Positions 1 through 10,455 of a stretch of 64,000 nucleotides of DNA are shown here, piece by piece (position 1 is the first letter of the stretch; every line of letters starts with the position of its first letter). Made by a program: the position numbers and the translations under genes. The notes below the pieces were generated by a model. That model saw nothing but the letters and a program-made list of their open reading frames with translations. It did not search any database and was not told the DNA's origin. The stretch comes from Euryarchaeota archaeon UBA202 (GTDB lineage: Archaea; Thermoplasmatota; E2; UBA202). The stretch is from the NCBI GenBank assembly GCA_002502685.1, contig DAQA01000013.1, forward strand, positions 2,202 through 66,201, given 5' to 3'.

Positions 1-1
1 T

Positions 2-3000
2 AATGTCACCCAGGCTTCTGTAAATGTTGTAAATAAAGATCAATGTAATGGCAGTACTTGTCCATCCGGCGATTGGGTTATTGCCAAAGTCAAGGCTCCC
101 AAGGCTGACATGGGTATCAACAAGACGGATTCACAGGATCCCATTGTAGCGGGCAGTACATTGATTTATACACTCAATGTTACCAACAATGGACCAAATA
201 CTGCATATGCGGTAAATGTGACGGATACACTACCAACTAATGTTACCTTTACTAGTGCAAGTCCCTCCGCAAGTGGGAACAATGGACAAACCTATTGGTG
301 GAACCTAGGGGCACTAGCAAACAGTAGCTCGGTAATAATTACAATTAATGTGACTGTGGATAGTAGTTTCAGTGGATTGTTGAACAATACTGTTAATGTT
401 ACCACGGTTTCTAGTGATACAAACCCGGGTAATAATAGTGATTATGAGACCACCCAGGTTGCCACACTTACTGATTTCAATATAACCAAGGGTGTCGATA
501 AGAGTGACGCCGCACCCGGGGACACATTAAACTATAGTATCTGCCCCCGCTATACCGGGTCTATATTGTTGGCTAATGTCACGGTGACTGATACCATCCC
601 TGTTAACACAAGCTATGTGAATAATAGTGCCACTGCCAATGGAGCCTATAACTCTAGCAGCGATACCCTCACTTGGCTTCTCGGTAACCATACCCTGGGT
701 GTACCGGGCACAGCCGGTGGGCCAGGTAGCTCAGGTAATATGACATTGAATCCCATGCAGGATACCTATATCGATGAAAATAATCCCACCAATAACTATG
801 GTACTAATAACGAGATGAGATGCAGAAATAACACGGGTCAGATCATGCGTCCTCTCATACAGTTCAATCTATCAGGTATCCCAACGGGGGCAATCATCGA
901 TAATGCCACACTTAGGATGTATATAACAGGGAATAAAACAAGTCAGACAGTGAATATTCATCATCTTACCCATAACTGGACAGAGACGGGTGCCACATGG
1001 AATACCTATGATGGTGTCAACAACTGGGGTGCAGGGGGCGGCGACTATAATGGCACCATCCATGGTTCATTTGTCCCTGATCCAAAAGATGCCTATAAAG
1101 AAACTAATATCACTGATTTGGTACAAGACTGGATTAATGGCACCTGGACGAACTATGGAATCATCCTCAATGGAATCACCAGTGATGAAGCGAAATTTGG
1201 CAGCCGGGAGAACACAGGGAAGGAACCAGAGCTCGTGATTTATTATCATATTCCTTCGACTCCTGCTACCACGGTCACCCTGGGTGCAAATCCGCTTCTC
1301 ATTTGTAGTACTGGCCAGATCAATGTGACCATGACAGTGGGGATTGACAGTAATGTAAGCGGGGTGACACCCCCAGTTAACCTGACCATGAATACGACTG
1401 GTGGTATTACCGCCAGTTTGGCTAGTGGCCCATCACCCCCAGGGCCAGTGAATGTATCAGCAAATAGCCCTGTCACTTTCACATATGTTTATAATGTTAC
1501 ACCAGGTGCTATACCTGGCTCGATTAGTTTTAGTGGCTCACCTGCATCACTTAATGCATCGTTTGCTAATGCCACTTCAAACAACTGTCTGGTTACCCCC
1601 TCTCTCATCTACCAAGTGCAGATAGACTCAGTCCTTGACCTCTCGATAACACAGATAAATAATACCGCTGTACTCTCTGATGATATTTTAATCCCAGGGG
1701 GGATTGAATCGCCACCAGCCATAACAAATATTACACGAAATGCTGACCTCAGTGTCACCAAGGCTGATAACCCCGACCCCGTTGTGGCCGGGGGTTATTT
1801 GATTTATACACTTAATGTTACCAATCATGGCCCAGGTGATGCAGTTAATGTAAATGTAACAGATACATTGCCCGCAAATGTAACCTTTAACTCTGCAAAT
1901 CCAGCAGAGAGTAATCATAGTGGTCAAATCTATTGGTGGAACCTGGGGAATATAACAGCTAGTAACTACACAGTGATTAAAATTAATGTTACGGTAAATA
2001 ACGGCACCCTGGAAACATTGGTTAACATAGCAAATGTCACCTCTGAATCTAGTGATACAAACACAACGAACAATGAGGATACTGAGAATACGACTATTAT
2101 CACGGTAGCTATAGAGGTATTTAAGGCAATCTGGAATGGAACTGCCTGGGTAGAGTATCATCAGGAGGATGTTGGTGATGTTGTTAGATTTAACCTTAGT
2201 GTTCATAATGATGGTACTGATAACCTGACCAGCATTAATGTTACGGATATGTTGCCATCATGCCTTGTTTATTATGTGGGTAATGCAACACCATTTGAGC
2301 CAATTCAGTGGGATAATAATCTAACATGGTTGTTTGCTGGGCCACTTGTTAATTGCAGTTGGATCTATATTGAGTTCAATGCAACTGTTATTAGTAAGGG
2401 TATAAATGTGAATGTTGTGAATGCATCTGGAGTTGGAGAAAATACTTCCATACTTGTATCGGATGAGGATAATGCTACTGTGGAGGGTATAATCTCAAAT
2501 ATTACTCTGGAGAAGCGGGTGAGTGAGGATAACAGTTCATGGGTGGATAGTGTGGTTGCGGATCCGGGTCAGACGGTGTATTGGCAGCTCATCGTGACCA
2601 ACACAGGTGACGACCCCCTAACCAATTGCTATGTAAATGACACCAATGGCCAAACCTATGGCCCCTTCACCCTCAATATCGGGGAAACCCAAACCTTCTA
2701 CTACAGCACCACCCCCGGGAGTGACGTGAACAATACCGCCACCGCAGTGGGGACAGATTCCGACGGAGACCAAATCAATGATACCGACTGGGCCACCGTT
2801 AATGTTGTAACTACAGCTATTCATATTGAAAAAACAGTATGGAATCTACAAACAGAGCAATGGATTGATTTAGTTTATGAAAACGTTGGAAATACTACCA
2901 CCTTTAATATAAGTACTCAAAATATCGGAGAACAAAGCTTGACTAGTATCAATATTACCGACTACTTACCACCGTGTTTAGAATATTCAAATAATGCAAC

Positions 3001-6000
3001 AGTCAATGGGGTACCACTTGAACCAAATATTTGGGGGAACAATATTACGTGGGATATAAGTGGATCTGTACATTCTGGTCAATGGATTTATATTGAGTTT
3101 AATGCAACCGTGATCTCCAATGGAACAAATATAAATGTTGTCAATGTGACAGGTGAAGGAGAGATAACAGGGTCAGAAACATATGACGAAGACAACGCCA
3201 CCGTCATTGGTCTAGCTGCTGATCTTAGTGTCATAAAAACAGACAACCCCGACACCGTCATCGCAGGAAACTACCTCACCTACACCCTCAACATCACCAA
3301 CCACGGACCCAGCGACGCACAAAATGTTACCGTTAGCGACACGCTACCACCAGGAATAGATTATAACAATGCGAATCCAATACCCTCAGGGGGAACCTAT
3401 CCTACCTTTTATTGGAACATTGGTACACTCACAGCAGGAAACTCTACGTATATCACCATTAATGTCACAATCAACAGCAACACCACGGGGATACTAAACA
3501 ACACCGCAAATGTCACCAGTGACACCCCCGACCCCACACCCCAAAACAACACCGACTACGAAGAAACAATTGTAGGTGAAAGTGCTGATCTCAGCATCAT
3601 TAAGACAGATAGCCCTGACCCGGTTGTCGCCGGACAATACCTCACTTATACTCTCAATATCAGCAATAATGGACCCAGCGACGCACTCAATGTCAATGTC
3701 ATCGACACACTCCCCAGTGGTGTTACCTTTAATAGTGCCACCCCAGCACCCACTAGTTGGATTAATTGGAGTTATTCCACCTACTACTGGAACCTGGGAA
3801 CACTCACCGCGGGAAGCTACACCCTCATCACCATCAACATCACCATCAATAGCAACACCACAGGAACCCTCAACAACACCGTCACCGTCACCAGCGACAC
3901 ACCCGACCCCACACCCGGAAACAACACCGATTATGAAGAAACAGTGGTTCTTCAACCAGCACTGCTAGAGATATTTAAGACAGTGTGGAATGGATCCAAT
4001 TGGGTTGAGGCCCTCCCTGCATATGTTGGTTCTACTGTACGATTCAATATTAGTGTCCATAACAATGGAACTGAAAACCTCATTAATGTGAATATTACCG
4101 ATATGCTCCCGGCTGGCCTGCAATATAACAAAAATGCCACCGTGAATAACATCCCCTCGGAACCTATCATAGAGGGTAATAATCTAACATGGGTGATAAG
4201 TTGGCCAATACAATATTGCCACTGGGTCTATATCGAATATGATGCAATTATCACAAATACTGGAGAAAATATCAATATTATAAATGGGACAGGGGAAGGT
4301 CAAATTACAGGTGAAACAACCCTGGATACGGACACTGCTTCGGTCATAGGAATCATCATCGATATGGATCTTGAAAAAACCGCCTGGGATTCCTCCACAG
4401 GTCAATGGACAGATCAGGTCTATGTCAGCATTAACGATACCCTAAGATTTAATATCAGTATCCATAACAATGGCACCGAGCCCCTCATAGATTTCAATAT
4501 TACAGATATTCTCCCCCAACACCTTCAATATATTAACAATAGTTCAACAGTGAATGGAATACCACAAGAACCCATCATATGGAATTGTAAAAATCTTACC
4601 TGGATGATGACGGGTCCACTTACACCTTGCAACTGGGCATATATTGAATTTGAAACAATCGTTATCGACCCCAACATGAGCCTTAATCTAGTTACTGTAA
4701 ATGCAACAGGGACCATCATTGGATCAACGACAACCATGACCGATGGAGCAATCGCCGAAGTTGACATCACACCACCTACAACCATTAAGGAATATAGTGG
4801 ATGCCTTTACCAGGAAGGAGACATGGAATGGATATCAACCGAGACTTATATCCATCTTATTGCAACCGATAACCAAAGCGGGGTTAAAGAAACTTGGTAC
4901 AGGATATGGATATGGGATGAAGGAAACGAAACCTGGTCTATTGAACAAGACTGGACACTCTATTGGAATACCACTGGAGGGGGCACAAGGCCCTTTACTA
5001 TCAATCAGGAATGCTATCACATGATTGAGATAACAAGTAGTGACATACTTGGTAATATTGAAGAGATATGGAATCAAACCATGTATGTTGATGGATCACC
5101 ACCCATTATCAATAAAACACACCCCGATGAGGGATATATATACAACAGTACAACTGGGGAGCAATATATTGCCCCCTATGCTGTAATCATCCTCTCCGCC
5201 ATGGATTTCCCAAGCACTATCTGCAGTGCAGGAGTCGAGGGAATATTTTGGAGATATGACTATGACGGTGCCTCACATCCACTCAATGAAATGGACAATG
5301 ACCAAGGAATGATTATCAATATCAGCCAGTACTATAATGATAGTGTCATAGAAAATGACTTTGGAGGTATCTATCTGTGGTACCTTTATGATAACTCAAC
5401 AGGTGTCTATTTCATGGAGAATTGTGAACATATTCTCTACTATTTTGCAAAGGATCGTACATGTCACCATAGTATCATCCATAACCAAACCTATTATGTG
5501 GATGGCTTGCCACCAGACAGCTGGCTTATTACACAGTTTAGCCAGTGGGATAACTACATTACACCTTATACAGAATTTATAATACAAGCAGAAGATGACG
5601 GATGCCACGGTGGAATTGATAATTATGTCATCCATTTCACAGTAACTGGACCCAAAAATAGTAAATTCTATTGGAATGGTGACCACTTTAATTGCGACGG
5701 AAACTGGCACTCCGGAGTTCTCGAGGGTGATATAGCATTCCAAATACGAGATGAGACAGGGCGTGCACCCTCGGGTAAATACACCATTGAGTTTTATGCC
5801 ACTGATGATTTTGGGAATACTGAAACACCTCCCCATATCAAATGGTTCCTATTGGATAACACACCACCCACCACGAACATATTCTTTATGGGGCCAAACT
5901 ATCACGATACAAATCAATGGATTACGAGTGAAACAAATATCATCCTTCATGCTTCTGATGAGGGTAGTGGTACAAAAATTACCAAATACCGGATTGATAA

Positions 6001-6727
6001 TGGGCCAAAAAAAACCTATACGGCACCTCTTTTGATTACAACCGAAGGAATCCATACCCTCCATTATTACAGCAAGGACTGGACGGATACTGTTGAAGGA
6101 GAAAAATCCCTTACTATTATCATTGACAACACACCACCACTCCAAAACCTTTCCTTTAATGGAGCAAACTATACAAGTAATAATACTACATGGATAACAT
6201 CCCAGACATACATAATCCTTGAAGGGTATGATAATGGATGTGGCCTTGGAAAAATATACTATCGCTGGGGAACAAAAACATGGAAGCAATATAACCATTC
6301 CATCATCCTGACAGGTGGCAAAACAGAACTAGAATACTATATGGAAGATAAACTAGGGAACAGTGGAGACATCCAGGAAATAACCGTGGGGATAGATGAC
6401 CAGGCTCCAGTAGTCATTATAAACTCACCCAAGGATAACTATTTATATATCGCCGGTCGAGCAATTTTATACCTACGCAAACTACCTGGATCAGATGCAG
6501 TCATCATTGGCACTGCCATAATTGATGCCACAGCATCAGACACCTCGGGGATATATACCATGGAACTTTATATTGATGGTGAATTACGCCATAAAACATA
6601 TAATGGGGCCTTGGAGTGGCGGTGGAATCAGTTGGCATTCGCAATTCATACCATAGAGATTAGGGTCTATGATAATTTTGGACACAGCACTACCAAAGAG
6701 ATCAAAGTTTGGATGTTCAACCTTTAA
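2..6727 (+). CDS. Giant secreted/cell-surface repeat protein, 5' end outside the window (DUF11-type repeats, DNRLRE-like segment, Ig-like modules, C-terminal ~95-aa domain)
   Basis: The frame of ORF 110..6727 stays open back to nt 2, so the gene is 5' partial. Four DUF11-type units (nt 110-460, 1742-2100, 3218-3577, 3584-3949) carry DPVxAGxxLxYTLN[IV]TNxGPxxAxNVxVxDTLP. A DNRLRE-like segment lies at nt 749-1250. Four clear and one divergent ~125-aa units carry VGxxVRFN[IL]SxHNxGTxxLxxxN[IV]TDxLP...NLTW (nt 2113-4765). Six modules opening with TPP/DGxPP/DNTPP/DQAPV run from nt 4766. N-x-S/T sequons are very dense. Confidence 0.85.
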   Translation, partial: NVTQASVNVVNKDQCNGSTCPSGDWVIAKVKAPKADMGINKTDSQDPIVAGSTLIYTLNVTNNGPNTAYAVNVTDTLPTNVTFTSASPSASGNNGQTYWWNLGALANSSSVIITINVTVDSSFSGLLNNTVNVTTVSSDTNPGNNSDYETTQVATLTDFNITKGVDKSDAAPGDTLNYSICPRYTGSILLANVTVTDTIPVNTSYVNNSATANGAYNSSSDTLTWLLGNHTLGVPGTAGGPGSSGNMTLNPMQDTYIDENNPTNNYGTNNEMRCRNNTGQIMRPLIQFNLSGIPTGAIIDNATLRMYITGNKTSQTVNIHHLTHNWTETGATWNTYDGVNNWGAGGGDYNGTIHGSFVPDPKDAYKETNITDLVQDWINGTWTNYGIILNGITSDEAKFGSRENTGKEPELVIYYHIPSTPATTVTLGANPLLICSTGQINVTMTVGIDSNVSGVTPPVNLTMNTTGGITASLASGPSPPGPVNVSANSPVTFTYVYNVTPGAIPGSISFSGSPASLNASFANATSNNCLVTPSLIYQVQIDSVLDLSITQINNTAVLSDDILIPGGIESPPAITNITRNADLSVTKADNPDPVVAGGYLIYTLNVTNHGPGDAVNVNVTDTLPANVTFNSANPAESNHSGQIYWWNLGNITASNYTVIKINVTVNNGTLETLVNIANVTSESSDTNTTNNEDTENTTIITVAIEVFKAIWNGTAWVEYHQEDVGDVVRFNLSVHNDGTDNLTSINVTDMLPSCLVYYVGNATPFEPIQWDNNLTWLFAGPLVNCSWIYIEFNATVISKGINVNVVNASGVGENTSILVSDEDNATVEGIISNITLEKRVSEDNSSWVDSVVADPGQTVYWQLIVTNTGDDPLTNCYVNDTNGQTYGPFTLNIGETQTFYYSTTPGSDVNNTATAVGTDSDGDQINDTDWATVNVVTTAIHIEKTVWNLQTEQWIDLVYENVGNTTTFNISTQNIGEQSLTSINITDYLPPCLEYSNNATVNGVPLEPNIWGNNITWDISGSVHSGQWIYIEFNATVISNGTNINVVNVTGEGEITGSETYDEDNATVIGLAADLSVIKTDNPDTVIAGNYLTYTLNITNHGPSDAQNVTVSDTLPPGIDYNNANPIPSGGTYPTFYWNIGTLTAGNSTYITINVTINSNTTGILNNTANVTSDTPDPTPQNNTDYEETIVGESADLSIIKTDSPDPVVAGQYLTYTLNISNNGPSDALNVNVIDTLPSGVTFNSATPAPTSWINWSYSTYYWNLGTLTAGSYTLITINITINSNTTGTLNNTVTVTSDTPDPTPGNNTDYEETVVLQPALLEIFKTVWNGSNWVEALPAYVGSTVRFNISVHNNGTENLINVNITDMLPAGLQYNKNATVNNIPSEPIIEGNNLTWVISWPIQYCHWVYIEYDAIITNTGENINIINGTGEGQITGETTLDTDTASVIGIIIDMDLEKTAWDSSTGQWTDQVYVSINDTLRFNISIHNNGTEPLIDFNITDILPQHLQYINNSSTVNGIPQEPIIWNCKNLTWMMTGPLTPCNWAYIEFETIVIDPNMSLNLVTVNATGTIIGSTTTMTDGAIAEVDITPPTTIKEYSGCLYQEGDMEWISTETYIHLIATDNQSGVKETWYRIWIWDEGNETWSIEQDWTLYWNTTGGGTRPFTINQECYHMIEITSSDILGNIEEIWNQTMYVDGSPPIINKTHPDEGYIYNSTTGEQYIAPYAVIILSAMDFPSTICSAGVEGIFWRYDYDGASHPLNEMDNDQGMIINISQYYNDSVIENDFGGIYLWYLYDNSTGVYFMENCEHILYYFAKDRTCHHSIIHNQTYYVDGLPPDSWLITQFSQWDNYITPYTEFIIQAEDDGCHGGIDNYVIHFTVTGPKNSKFYWNGDHFNCDGNWHSGVLEGDIAFQIRDETGRAPSGKYTIEFYATDDFGNTETPPHIKWFLLDNTPPTTNIFFMGPNYHDTNQWITSETNIILHASDEGSGTKITKYRIDNGPKKTYTAPLLITTEGIHTLHYYSKDWTDTVEGEKSLTIIIDNTPPLQNLSFNGANYTSNNTTWITSQTYIILEGYDNGCGLGKIYYRWGTKTWKQYNHSIILTGGKTELEYYMEDKLGNSGDIQEITVGIDDQAPVVIINSPKDNYLYIAGRAILYLRKLPGSDAVIIGTAIIDATASDTSGIYTMELYIDGELRHKTYNGALEWRWNQLAFAIHTIEIRVYDNFGHSTTKEIKVWMFNL
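3218..3949 (+). repeat. Tandem duplication of a ~120-codon DUF11-type module inside the giant gene
   Basis: ADLSVIKTDNPDTVIAGNYLTYTLNITNHGPSDA... (3218-3577) is followed directly by ADLSIIKTDSPDPVVAGQYLTYTLNISNNGPSDA... (3584-3949). The 3' ends are also similar at the DNA level (gacacccccgaccccacacc.. versus gacacacccgaccccacacc..). Confidence 0.8.
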
Positions 6728-6912
6728 GATTCATTCTCCTTTTCCCTTTCTTTATATTTATTTTTTAGTCTTCCAGGATACTCAAGACCAATTCAACAAC
6801 TACAAAAAAATCTATTTTTATCCTTTAATACCAAATGTAACCCTAGATTAGGTAACAAAAAAGATAGGTTATCAATAGATTTTAAGTAGACATATAACAT
6901 ATCAATTAAGAG

Positions 6913-8775
6913 ATGAAGAAGCAAGTATTTGCCCTAACATTTATTCTTGTAACTGTAAGCCTTATAGGGCTAATGGGTCCGTCCCATAAAGCGACAGGGA
7001 TTGATGATTCAGGATGGTACTGGAAACCAGAAAGCTATGCCCAGTTGGTCACTTGGTATAGACACTTGGAGGAAAATTACTCGGGATATATTGAAGTATT
7101 TAAAGCAAATGAGCTTTATGGAACTGGGAAAGTAGATGGGGGATATGACCTTTATTATGTCCGGATAACCAATGAATCCCGAGGTTTCCATAAACCCGAG
7201 GTTCTTTTCCTGGGTAGCCCCCATGGTGACGAAACAGCAGGAACCATAGGAATGTACTGGTTTACGGACTGGCTTATGAGACATGCATACCATCCAGATT
7301 TTGACAACCCTGAAAGAGGCTGGTATCAATGGCTCATTGACAATCGAGAAATCTATCTTGAGGTAAGCCATAATCCCTATGGATTTGACCATATCCAAAG
7401 AGGTGACTTTAATGGATGGGATCTAAACAGGGAAGCAGACTATCACGGGCCAGGTCCAAATACCAGGGGGATCTGGGCCAGTGTAAATGGATTCACATTG
7501 ACACGATTCATTGATAACCATCTCATAAGGATAGGGACCGATTTCCATGGTGGCGTACGAATGTTATTATATCCATGGTCATCAAATTATGACTCAATAA
7601 ATGGGACAAGTCCTCTGAGCAATATGACCTATACTCATGCACCCCCGGATTTTTATTATTATGATACAACATCTCTGCGTGTGGGTAACTATATGGGTGA
7701 TTTCGGTGGTGACTTAAATCCTGGGAACTGTGGAACCATTCCTGATACTGTTGGCTATGAAGCACCGGGTGCAATTGCTCCTTGGGCATATGGGGCAGAT
7801 ATCAAAGAAAATCCGTGGGAGGATCAATGGGTAAATAATGAAGAATTTGGAAACTATCCCGGGGCAGGTATCTTGTGGATTACTCCAGAACTTTCAGTTA
7901 TAAAAAACCCTCCTGAGATTACTATGGGAAGTGATCATATTTTGGGATATGGGACAGAGGTACGGCGATTTCTCCTTCATCAGATAGATCTGGCACAACC
8001 CTATATTTGGTGGTTATCCCCCTGTAATAATAGTCTTCATCCCCGCAATGTTTCACTCCAATGGCAAGTTAATGGATGCCATGTGGTAGATCAAACCCTT
8101 GTCCAATGGGGGACGAACTCTGACCCGATTAATAATCCTGATCATGTCTCTAGCCTACACAATGATTATCAAGGAGATTATGTGGGAGGGACAGGATGGG
8201 ATAATGCCTTAGATGGAAATAGAAAAGGGAGAATTTATTGGGAAAACCTAACACTTGATGAACCAGGTGATTATTATTTTGTAGCAAAGGCACAAGTTGA
8301 TCAAGCATATAAAAAGACCTTGGTAGCCCCTGAGTATGCCGATGATCATTCTTATCTTCGGCTTATAAAGGAAAGAACAAATGATTCATATCTTGAGGAA
8401 CTTAATGGAACAGATGGCAGAGAATACATAAAGGGGCAGCTATGGTGGTATAGTCCTATAGTTCATATTCATGTGGGAACAATAGAGAGACCTCGAGAGG
8501 GATATCTGTATGTTGCCAATCGTGAAATCATGCCAACCTTGAGAGGAAAAACTTTGGTAATTGGCGATATCTTAGTATCCACAAATACCCAAAACACTTC
8601 ATGTGTGGAATTCTATGTGGATGGAAACCTTCGTGACCGGGTTACCACAGAACCATATGAATGGCGATGGGAGGAAACAATCTTTGGAACCCATGAACTC
8701 GAAGTAAAAATATATGGAAGGGGCGACCATTTTGTTTCTCAAACAATTCCCCTAACCATTTTTAACATTGCCTAG
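6913..8775 (+). CDS. Secreted zinc carboxypeptidase, peptidase family M14, with a C-terminal Ig-like domain
   Basis: N-terminal hydrophobic signal/anchor (MKKQVFALTFILVTVSLIGL). M14 zinc motif HxxE in LGSPHGDETAG, and a third-ligand context TDFHGGVRMLLYPWS. The last ~90 aa resemble the C-terminus of the upstream giant protein. Confidence 0.8.
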   Translation: MKKQVFALTFILVTVSLIGLMGPSHKATGIDDSGWYWKPESYAQLVTWYRHLEENYSGYIEVFKANELYGTGKVDGGYDLYYVRITNESRGFHKPEVLFLGSPHGDETAGTIGMYWFTDWLMRHAYHPDFDNPERGWYQWLIDNREIYLEVSHNPYGFDHIQRGDFNGWDLNREADYHGPGPNTRGIWASVNGFTLTRFIDNHLIRIGTDFHGGVRMLLYPWSSNYDSINGTSPLSNMTYTHAPPDFYYYDTTSLRVGNYMGDFGGDLNPGNCGTIPDTVGYEAPGAIAPWAYGADIKENPWEDQWVNNEEFGNYPGAGILWITPELSVIKNPPEITMGSDHILGYGTEVRRFLLHQIDLAQPYIWWLSPCNNSLHPRNVSLQWQVNGCHVVDQTLVQWGTNSDPINNPDHVSSLHNDYQGDYVGGTGWDNALDGNRKGRIYWENLTLDEPGDYYFVAKAQVDQAYKKTLVAPEYADDHSYLRLIKERTNDSYLEELNGTDGREYIKGQLWWYSPIVHIHVGTIERPREGYLYVANREIMPTLRGKTLVIGDILVSTNTQNTSCVEFYVDGNLRDRVTTEPYEWRWEETIFGTHELEVKIYGRGDHFVSQTIPLTIFNIA

Positions 8776-8880
8776 TTAGACAACCATTTTGATAAAAAGT
8801 AAAGTGGGAACACTAATATATAGTAAAAAATAATCGAAGAAGTATGATGTGTAAAAGTAAAGTTGAAGAAAAAAAAAATC

Positions 8881-10179
8881 TTATTGATAATGGGTGGGCT
8901 CAGCTTTCATAAATTCTCTTAAAAGACATGTGGCATAACAACCCTTGGATAGATCAAATTCCATAGTTACATAGTTCTGATAGATGGTATAATCAAAATT
9001 TGTGAGGGGTGCAAGTAGAATCCTTCGAAATCCCCGGGAGGTTAAACGGGGAATATCAGGTATAACAAACTTGGTAAGTGACACGTGGTCATCAATGATT
9101 TTTTTTTCTATCTGTCCCATTTTTCCCCCTCCAAAATGGGTCTCAAACCCAGGAAGGATACCGGAGACAAAGGCCTCTTCTTCCTGTATTTGTCGATTGA
9201 CCTTTTCCAGGTTTTCATCTGTGACAGGAATCCCCTCACGATCAGCCATAATACGGCGATTTCTTACGGGCAATACAACATCTCCCACCAGGGCTCTATT
9301 CAAGGGTAAATCCTCTTTAATTCGCCGGGAAAGAATTAAGTTAAAAAGATAAGACTGGTAGGAATGAATGAACATTTGTACAAGATGTGGGGGCAGAGTT
9401 AAAAGTGCTCCGATCCAATCATCGGGATTTCGGGCTAGATGGGAAATCATTAAGCGTTCAAAAAGAAGATACGAAGGATATATCTCTAGTGCTTTTTTAA
9501 AATCCTTTGTTTGTTGTAAAAATGTTCGTGCTCTGTATGATTCTTCACCTTCCCCAGGTAGGGGGTTGCAAATGTAGGTTAGTATTGCTTTTTTAAAGTT
9601 GCCTTCAATAATATATTTGCCGACAATGTGGGTGATTGGTCTAATGACCCCAAATCGTTGTACCCCAAAAAAATTGGGGAAACCGCCTGTTTCTAAAATT
9701 TTGTCCAATATAATCGTGAATTGTTTTTTTATGTTGTTTCGTGTGTTCCGTATTGTAATCTTAAAGGTATTCCCAATATGATCTCCCCATGAGATTGGCC
9801 TATTGCTGGTATAACAATCCGTTATTTCAACGTCCTTGATGTAAGCATTTTTTACAGTATCCAGTGATGTTTTAAAGGACATTACTTGTTTGGTGATAGC
9901 TCTTTTATCCTTTGTGCCCGCGATGCCGATCATATGGGAAGAAATACCCATTTTTTTGGAAAGCTGTAAGAGAAGATTAAATGTTTCCCAATTAATCGAT
10001 GTCACTTTTGCAATAACAAATGCACCATCGCGTTCCGGCGGGGGTGTAATACGTTCTTCAACTATAAAATCACTGGGGTGAACCTTGATTTTTCCCCCGA
10101 TGCCTTTCCTTGGTGTGAGAAATACCCTCATTCCTATCTGTTTTTCCCCTTCAGGGGGTGAAACAGATACTACGGGCAC
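8881..10179 (-). CDS. truD: tRNA pseudouridine(13) synthase TruD/Pus7 family
   Basis: Catalytic-Asp motif AGTKDKRAITKQ and FPNFFGVQRFG, both TruD hallmarks. Length 432 aa. Confidence 0.85.
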   Translation of the reverse strand: MPVVSVSPPEGEKQIGMRVFLTPRKGIGGKIKVHPSDFIVEERITPPPERDGAFVIAKVTSINWETFNLLLQLSKKMGISSHMIGIAGTKDKRAITKQVMSFKTSLDTVKNAYIKDVEITDCYTSNRPISWGDHIGNTFKITIRNTRNNIKKQFTIILDKILETGGFPNFFGVQRFGVIRPITHIVGKYIIEGNFKKAILTYICNPLPGEGEESYRARTFLQQTKDFKKALEIYPSYLLFERLMISHLARNPDDWIGALLTLPPHLVQMFIHSYQSYLFNLILSRRIKEDLPLNRALVGDVVLPVRNRRIMADREGIPVTDENLEKVNRQIQEEEAFVSGILPGFETHFGGGKMGQIEKKIIDDHVSLTKFVIPDIPRLTSRGFRRILLAPLTNFDYTIYQNYVTMEFDLSKGCYATCLLREFMKAEPTHYQ

Positions 10180-10451
10180 TATTTTTTCATCTCCTCAATG
10201 GATTTGCGGAGGGAATCAGTGTCTTTTTTTAGGGCCCGTACGGCTTTAAGAAGGATCGTTTTGGGATTTCCCTCTTTTACCTTGAGAAAGAAACGGGGAT
10301 TGGCAAGAAGTGGATGGTCAATTCTCCAGTCTGCAAGAGTGATTTTATTGTCGTCTAATAATTTATATTTTAGGGGATTCAAAATAGTTTTTTCTCCAAT
10401 GACTTCGAATTCTAATTCATTTTTTTTATTTGTCAGTATTTTTATCTCCAT
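10179..10451 (-). CDS. rpoL: DNA-directed RNA polymerase subunit L (Rpo11)
   Basis: 90 aa. The pattern GE..T..N.L...L......A....DHPL...P......GNP...L..A...L is typical of archaeal RpoL. It lies directly downstream of csl4, a common archaeal arrangement. Confidence 0.7.
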   Translation of the reverse strand: MEIKILTNKKNELEFEVIGEKTILNPLKYKLLDDNKITLADWRIDHPLLANPRFFLKVKEGNPKTILLKAVRALKKDTDSLRKSIEEMKK

Positions 10452-10455
10452 ATTC

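Noticed and set aside
1742-4765. Periodic repeats considered as a possible CRISPR array or satellite.
   Set aside because: The units are 340-400 nt and are in-frame protein modules of one continuous ORF with divergent sequence. No short identical direct repeats with unique spacers occur anywhere in the window.
872-6298. About 20 track ORFs (60-172 aa) on the opposite strand or in alternate frames inside the giant surface-protein gene, for example 1688..2206(-), 3494..3955(-) and 5849..6298(-).
   Set aside because: They lie entirely within a long, motif-rich coding frame. They have no recognisable motifs. They are explained by the biased, repetitive codon composition of the host gene.
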